This document shows, in pieces, positions 58,561-64,000 of a stretch of DNA of 64,000 nt; positions within the stretch are counted from its first letter, which is position 1, and each line of letters opens with the position of its first letter. The DNA comes from a bacterium (GTDB lineage: Bacteria; Electryoneota; Electryoneia; Electryoneales; Electryoneaceae), in assembly GCA_963669175.1 (NCBI GenBank), contig OY769902.1, positions 2,016,001-2,080,000 of the forward strand. The letters run 5' to 3'. The position numbers and the translations under genes were made by a program. Below the pieces are notes generated by a model that saw only the letters and a program-made list of their open reading frames with translations, ran no database searches and was not told where the DNA came from.

Positions 58561-59072
58561 AGTAGGTAAAGAAGGTAAAAAAAGTAAAAAAAGTAAAGAA
58601 AGTGATTGAAACATAGGAAGTTGCTGATCCGGGACTTTGACAAGATTCTACCGGTTAAAAATATAGGTTCCTCACAAGAATTTGTGCATCCGGGCATTGT
58701 TGTGGCAGGTCTTGACGCGACATTCTGTCTTCGGCTTTCGTTATGTTTTCCTGAACTCACATTGATACTGAAACCGCTTCTCGCTCTGTTTTTGGCGCGT
58801 TGTGACCTGCCACCGGTATCTGCATTCTCGCTATCGTCATGTCACAACGTGATGCCTGATGTCGATCTATCATGCGAAAAAACACGCGTGAACTCGGACA
58901 GGTATCTTACGTCACGGAGAAAACAAGAAAAAAGCATCACGCCAAGACCTGACGAAACGTACTCGTCGATAGTATGTACAAATTCTTGTAAGCAGCCAAA
59001 ACAGATTGTCATTTGTCTGCCAGTAATGTATTTTAATAGGCACGTCCGCTTCCCCGCTGGACAGAATTGGAG

Positions 59073-61412
59073 ATGACGATGACACGTACCGCACCCCTCC
59101 GTTTGCGCTTCTCGCAACCTGCGATCCTGTTAATACTCTGCCTTCTCCCGCTTCTTGCCCTCTCTGAAGGACGAACGCCCTGGGATGTTGGAGTGGACTG
59201 GCAGGGTGATCATTTCATTTACCGAATGTCCAGGGGAAGCCTGATAGACTCATGCTATCTCTATGCTTCTGATTCCTATGGTGTAAGGTTGTATAAAATC
59301 CAGGAGGATGAGGGGCATGTTGAATTACAGTTATGCGATGAAGAAAGAGCGCAGGCCTCCGGGCAAAGCCTCCTGAAGTTGTATGGTGATACGCTGTTAG
59401 TCGCCTCAGTCAACCGTATCTACTTGTTTTATCGTGAAGGCGATTCCCTGGTCAGGATACATGAAGGGCAATATCCATATTACAGCCCGTATTACATCTC
59501 GGACAGCAGGTTGATGATAACCGCCATGGGTATTTATGATTTGCATGATCTCACCAACCCGCAGTTAGTGGATTCTAGTTCGCACACACCCTACCGCGCA
59601 ATCATTGTCGGTGATCGAAAATACAATGTTGTTGTTTCCAGCCTGCGTGGAAATCCCCTGGTCGTTTCCGATGTTTCTGATCCAGCGAATCCGACAGTTA
59701 TTCAAACGATAGCGCCCAGCACATTCGGGGATCATGGAATCGACGGTTTTACACCTGTTTATCTTGACAGTGTTCTCGCATTTCCCGAAAGAGAAGCAAT
59801 TCGATTTGTCAAGTTGGATGAAAATGGGGAGGTTGTTGATACCTGTTCATGGAATTATTACGCACATTATCCGGAACGTTATCGCTACCAGATCAGTTGG
59901 CTAGGGGTGATTGCCGATACATTGCTTGGAGCTTTCTCCCCGGTAACTTATCAGGATCAAGGTCCACAGTTGTTTCTGTTTGATCCGGATGAAGATCTGG
60001 AGAATATGCATATTGCGACAGTGCAGTTCGAGGAAGAAGTAGCCACAGATTATTGGATCAGTTCACCAGCCTGCTGCGCCGATGATTCACTCCTGTTTAT
60101 CAATCATCTGCGTTGTCCGCACACGCTGTTGTATTCCATAGCTGACATGGATTCTGCGAGATTGCTCTATGATTCAACCGAGTGGAATAATTCAGCCCAG
60201 TCCCCGCAGTATAGCCTGCTAATGGTAACTGACGGTATTCTGGCTGTTGATGAAAATGATTTCAGAACAAGTCTCTACTCCCTGACAGGGAGTAATGCTC
60301 CTGAATTGCTGGTTTCTCTGAGTGAAAATAGAACTTTGTCCTGCGGTTCGCCTGATTTTCTGTATCCCTATTACGTGTTCTGCGCAGAAGAGCCACCACA
60401 GTATCATTGGCTCTTGTATGATGTGTCAGACTATGACTCAATGGAATTCATCTATGATTTTGGCACTCATGGCGGCGGCGGGGCGCATCCGAATGCAAAA
60501 CTCTATGAGGCGGATAATCATTTGTATTGCGCAATTCGTGGTATGGATGAGATTGTGATTTATGAAATACATAATAACAATGTGGATTCCGTGACCATTG
60601 ATCTGCCCGACTACATGTATAGCGCCGCCGGGCTGGCGTGGGATGAAGATGGCTTGTTTGTGCATCGCAATGACACGCTGAGATGGTATGATATCAATTT
60701 CCCTGAGCCGTACAGGTTACACCAACTCATATATTCCCCATACCGGGGAAATACCAACTCGCCCCCCAATCCCCTTTTTAAGAACAATGCATGGGTAGCC
60801 ATATATAATCAAGTCTTTCACATTGAAGATGATTCTCTGAGGTTAATACACACGATTCCCGGTGAGAACCGTACGCTCTATCCCGAGATTTTAGATCTGG
60901 ATAGCGACAGATTGGTATACTGGATGGCGGACGCAAATGGCGGAACAGCGACCGTTCTGAACCTGCATGATGGTTGCTATACAGATACAACTGCCTATAT
61001 GCTTGAGGCAGGACATGCGGCAGACCTGATCGGTGATACCTTATGGCTTGTTGGAACCAATGGCCTGATGCGGTTTGAGTTGACTGGGTATTCAGATACA
61101 CCTGAAGAAAGTAGCACTTCATCCAAGCTTCCCACTACCACACAGCTTGAACCGGCTTTCCCGAATCCTTTTAACCCTTCGGTTACCATTCCATTTACCC
61201 TGGCATCCTCTCAGCGACTCTCTATCGAGATCTTCGATATACTGGGGCGTCGCGTCACGACCCTTACGGAAGGGCTGATTCCCGCCGGGCATCATCAGGT
61301 TCAATGGCAGGGAAAATCATCTTCCGGACAAATGGTCTCGGCAGGGACGTATTTTGTGAGGATGCGTTATGATGGCGGTGAATCCGTAAGGAAAGTATTG
61401 TTGCTGAAATAA
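59073..61412 (+). CDS. Secreted propeller protein (LVIVD-like repeats) with FlgD/T9SS-like C-terminal domain
   Basis: Signal peptide, DVSDPANP, AFPNPFNP...SAGTYF..RKVLLLK. Confidence 0.88.
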   Translation: MTMTRTAPLRLRFSQPAILLILCLLPLLALSEGRTPWDVGVDWQGDHFIYRMSRGSLIDSCYLYASDSYGVRLYKIQEDEGHVELQLCDEERAQASGQSLLKLYGDTLLVASVNRIYLFYREGDSLVRIHEGQYPYYSPYYISDSRLMITAMGIYDLHDLTNPQLVDSSSHTPYRAIIVGDRKYNVVVSSLRGNPLVVSDVSDPANPTVIQTIAPSTFGDHGIDGFTPVYLDSVLAFPEREAIRFVKLDENGEVVDTCSWNYYAHYPERYRYQISWLGVIADTLLGAFSPVTYQDQGPQLFLFDPDEDLENMHIATVQFEEEVATDYWISSPACCADDSLLFINHLRCPHTLLYSIADMDSARLLYDSTEWNNSAQSPQYSLLMVTDGILAVDENDFRTSLYSLTGSNAPELLVSLSENRTLSCGSPDFLYPYYVFCAEEPPQYHWLLYDVSDYDSMEFIYDFGTHGGGGAHPNAKLYEADNHLYCAIRGMDEIVIYEIHNNNVDSVTIDLPDYMYSAAGLAWDEDGLFVHRNDTLRWYDINFPEPYRLHQLIYSPYRGNTNSPPNPLFKNNAWVAIYNQVFHIEDDSLRLIHTIPGENRTLYPEILDLDSDRLVYWMADANGGTATVLNLHDGCYTDTTAYMLEAGHAADLIGDTLWLVGTNGLMRFELTGYSDTPEESSTSSKLPTTTQLEPAFPNPFNPSVTIPFTLASSQRLSIEIFDILGRRVTTLTEGLIPAGHHQVQWQGKSSSGQMVSAGTYFVRMRYDGGESVRKVLLLK

Positions 61413-61476
61413 ATACTCGCGCCAGGGTGGCCGATTCGCATGTGATGCAACTTCCGTTTCGTGGCCTGTATTCGGC

Positions 61477-61738
61477 GAAAAATGGGACTGTTACCTTTTC
61501 GAACTCGCAGATGCAGGACAGTCAAATCAGGGGTGAGGAAAAGGTAACTGTACCAGATTTTTCGCCTGTCTTCTTATGTGAGCGCCACAGTAGGATAGTC
61601 CTCAACGGGAAAATGCCGGGACAGCCACCTTTTTCGCGACACGTTTTCCAAGTACACTATTACATATGCATAATTCAAGCATGATTAACAATCATCGCCA
61701 CTCAAGTATGCGAAAAAGAGTGGCAGTCCCCATTTTCC
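61477..61738 (+). repeat. Four-box double-hairpin element, copy 3
   Basis: aaaaatgggactgttaccttttc / gaaaaggtaactgtaccagattttt / aaaatgccgggacagccacctttttc / gaaaaagagtggcagtccccattttc. Confidence 0.9.
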
Positions 61739-62024
61739 TGTCACAATCCCGACTCACTCATCGTTTCGTCATGGATTGTAACTGAATCAGAGTATGCAAT
61801 CTGTACCAGTAGCGTCAGATGTATCACTTGTGAGTCGGGCCACCCGGCCATTTTCCTGTCACAATCCCGACTCACTCATCTTTTCGCCAAAGATTGTAGT
61901 TGAATCAGAGTATGCAATCTGTACCAGTAGCGTCAGATGTATCACTTGTGAGTCGGGCCACCCGGCCTGTCACAATCCCGACTCATTCATCGTTTCGTCA
62001 TGGATTGTAACTGAATCAGAGTAT
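61730..62024 (-). repeat. 2.5 tandem copies of a 118-bp unit, each a long-loop hairpin element
   Basis: tcacaatcccgactcac...gtgagtcgggccaccc at 61741-61845 and 61859-61963, partial at 61970-62024. Confidence 0.92.
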
Positions 62025-62032
62025 CGCTATAG

Positions 62033-62059
62033 AAAAAAACGCCGGGAAAACCCGGCGTT
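62033..62059 (-). terminator. Rho-independent terminator of recJ
   Basis: Minus strand aacgccggg-tttt-cccggcgtt followed by T run. Confidence 0.85.
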
Positions 62060-62087
62060 GAGAATGCAATGTTGAAAAAGAATAAGA

Positions 62088-63818
62088 TCAGGAATGGCCG
62101 TCCAGCTCCGGGATTTGCCCGTTTTTCACATCCTTCAGCCGAAGTTGAATGCTCACCCGTCCGTTCCATTCGTTTTCCTCAATCGTATACACGATATGGT
62201 TTTTGGGACGAATGGGGTCAATCCTGTTGATCTTTTCACCCAGGTTGAATCCAATGCAGTCGATGGTCGAACCGTTGCGTCGCAACTGGAATTTCAGGTG
62301 GTTGTTGCCGACGATCCGCGGATACCCGGCCAGCGCGACATTGTAGCTCACGAATACCGGTCGTGGGTTGTGCGGCCCAAACGGGGCAAACTGCTTGAGC
62401 TGATCATACAGCGACGCTGTTATGTCCGACAACTCCAGCGCGGCATCAATCTTCTGCTTGGGGATAAGATCATCTTTGCTCAGGCGTTCGGAAGCGACTT
62501 CGTTAAACCGTCGCCTGAATTCAGGGATCTTGGTCTCATCAATGGTCAGACCAGCCGCGTACGTATGTCCGCCGAACTGTGTCAACAGGTCGCTGCACTC
62601 GCGCAGGGCATCGTAGAGGTCGAAACCGGGAATAGATCGCGCCGAGCCTTTGCCGATACAGTCTTCCACTGAAATCATCACAGTGGGACGATAGTAGCGT
62701 TCTATCAACCGGCTGGCGACAATGCCGATAACCCCGCTATGCCAGTCATTTTGCGCGGCAACGATGACACGATCCGAAGAGGGATCGAACATATCCTCAA
62801 CCTGGGCAACAGCTTCTTCCAGAGTGTGGGTGTCGATCATCTTCCGTGTCCTGTTTTCATCTTCCAGTTCACTGGCGAGATGCAGGGCGCGTTGCGAATT
62901 GGCGGTTATCATCAGTTCGACGGCACGTTCTGCGGACCCCAGGCGTCCAACAGCGTTGATCCGTGGAGCGAGTCCATAGATGATCTGGCCGACATCAATT
63001 TTGCCGAAGCGTAGGTTTGCGGTTTCGATCAGCGCTCGAATACCGACATGAGGTTCGTTGTTGATCCTTTCCAGCCCAAACCGGACGAAGGTGCGGTTTT
63101 CATCCACCAGGGGAACAATATCCGCTGCTGTCCCGACCGCAACCAGGTCCTGGTACGGGTCCAGGTAATCGGAAGCGAGTCCCAGTTCCATGCTGACGCC
63201 CTGGGCCAGTTTATAGGCCACACCGACTCCAGCCAGCTCATTGAAAGGGTATCTGCTTCCGGGCAGTTTGGGGTTGACTACAGCGACAGCGTTCGGGATG
63301 CCTTCACCGGCCTGGTGATGGTCGGTGATGATCATGTCCAGCCCGATGGAGCGTGCATATTCCACTTCCGTGATAGAAGTGATGCCGCAATCCACGGTAA
63401 CAATGAGCGAGGCGCCCATTGCCCGGGCCTGGTCAATTCCCATCTGGGAAATGCCGTAGCCCTCTTCCTGGCGGTTGGGGATATGATAACAGACATCCCC
63501 ACCGATTTCTCTGAAAAAGAGGTAGAGTAAACTGACGGATGTTATTCCGTCTACATCGTAGTCGCCGTAGATGCAGATCTTCTCTTTATCCCACAGGGCC
63601 TGCACAATTCTCTTGGCCGCTTCCTCCATGCCATCGAGGAGCATGGGGTCATGCAACGCATCCTGCCTGGGGTTAAAAAAGGCATGCGCCGCATCCGCTT
63701 CCGTAATATTGCGCCGAATCAGGATTTGCGCGATTACGGGGTGGACACCAAGTTTTTGTGCAAGTTGGTCTACGGAATGAGAGTCTACATCACCAGCGAA
63801 CTCCCATCGTTTTTCCAT
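62088..63818 (-). CDS. recJ: Single-stranded-DNA-specific exonuclease RecJ
   Basis: GDYDVDG, TVDCG, TDHH, GTAADIVPL, PRINAVGR, GSARS, GGH..AAG, PFGPHNP. Confidence 0.98.
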   Translation of the reverse strand: MEKRWEFAGDVDSHSVDQLAQKLGVHPVIAQILIRRNITEADAAHAFFNPRQDALHDPMLLDGMEEAAKRIVQALWDKEKICIYGDYDVDGITSVSLLYLFFREIGGDVCYHIPNRQEEGYGISQMGIDQARAMGASLIVTVDCGITSITEVEYARSIGLDMIITDHHQAGEGIPNAVAVVNPKLPGSRYPFNELAGVGVAYKLAQGVSMELGLASDYLDPYQDLVAVGTAADIVPLVDENRTFVRFGLERINNEPHVGIRALIETANLRFGKIDVGQIIYGLAPRINAVGRLGSAERAVELMITANSQRALHLASELEDENRTRKMIDTHTLEEAVAQVEDMFDPSSDRVIVAAQNDWHSGVIGIVASRLIERYYRPTVMISVEDCIGKGSARSIPGFDLYDALRECSDLLTQFGGHTYAAGLTIDETKIPEFRRRFNEVASERLSKDDLIPKQKIDAALELSDITASLYDQLKQFAPFGPHNPRPVFVSYNVALAGYPRIVGNNHLKFQLRRNGSTIDCIGFNLGEKINRIDPIRPKNHIVYTIEENEWNGRVSIQLRLKDVKNGQIPELDGHS

Positions 63819-63931
63819 GGCGTACGTTATGTATGTTGTTGTTACGAAACAGCATAATCAGGTTCCCAGTGGGGAAGTAGAGCATGACAGCGCCCGACAA
63901 CAGTATTCTGAAGGGCGCTGATACACATAAA

Positions 63932-64000
63932 CTGGAGGCGGCCTGTAAGCCGAATTCTGTACCAGTCCAAGGACTGATGACGGTCATCGATCTGGGATCT
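63932..64000 (-). ncRNA. rnpB: RNase P RNA, 3' end (continues beyond window)
   Basis: Minus strand reads cccagatcgatgaccgtc...ACAGAATTCGGCTTAcaggccgcctcc, matching the conserved AGA..ATG and ACAGAAnnCGGCTTA 3' motifs. Confidence 0.88.

Noticed and set aside
58560-59070. Riboswitch or 156-aa CDS in the long intergenic region
   Set aside because: No recognisable aptamer consensus; the ORF starts inside an A-rich repeat and has atypical composition.
61730-62024. Possible CRISPR or integron cassette array
   Set aside because: Interiors of the 118-bp units are near-identical, there are no cassette ORFs or GTTRRRY cores and no integrase; kept as tandem hairpin elements.

Overview
Bacterial chromosomal window, most likely from an FCB-superphylum lineage. 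This is inferred from many secreted proteins ending in a PNP(F/A)N...GVYF FlgD/T9SS-type sorting domain, a PorV-like barrel and sigma-54 regulators. Housekeeping genes: hppA (5'-truncated), mutL, dacB, prmA, rlmN, rnhC, recJ and the 3' end of rnpB at the right edge. Signalling genes: three histidine kinases, an HD-GYP protein, two sigma-54 activators and a Ser/Thr kinase-PEGA protein. A MacAB-like ABC exporter cluster has a readable sigma-54 promoter and enhancer sites. No CRISPR array, tRNA, rRNA, integrase or transposase gene was seen. The most notable observations are: (1) an HTH-XRE/IrrE-metallopeptidase with an antitoxin-like tail coupled to a MazF/PemK toxin behind a promoter bracketed by a perfect 11-bp inverted repeat; (2) a lipoprotein/GAF-sigma54 activator/Ser-Thr kinase/Kelch/TPR operon; (3) several nested families of intergenic hairpin elements, including a ~105-bp element with co-varying stems, a four-box double-hairpin element, GTAG-REPs and strand-polarised 7-9-mer arrays. 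All alignments were made by eye, and no database searches were run.
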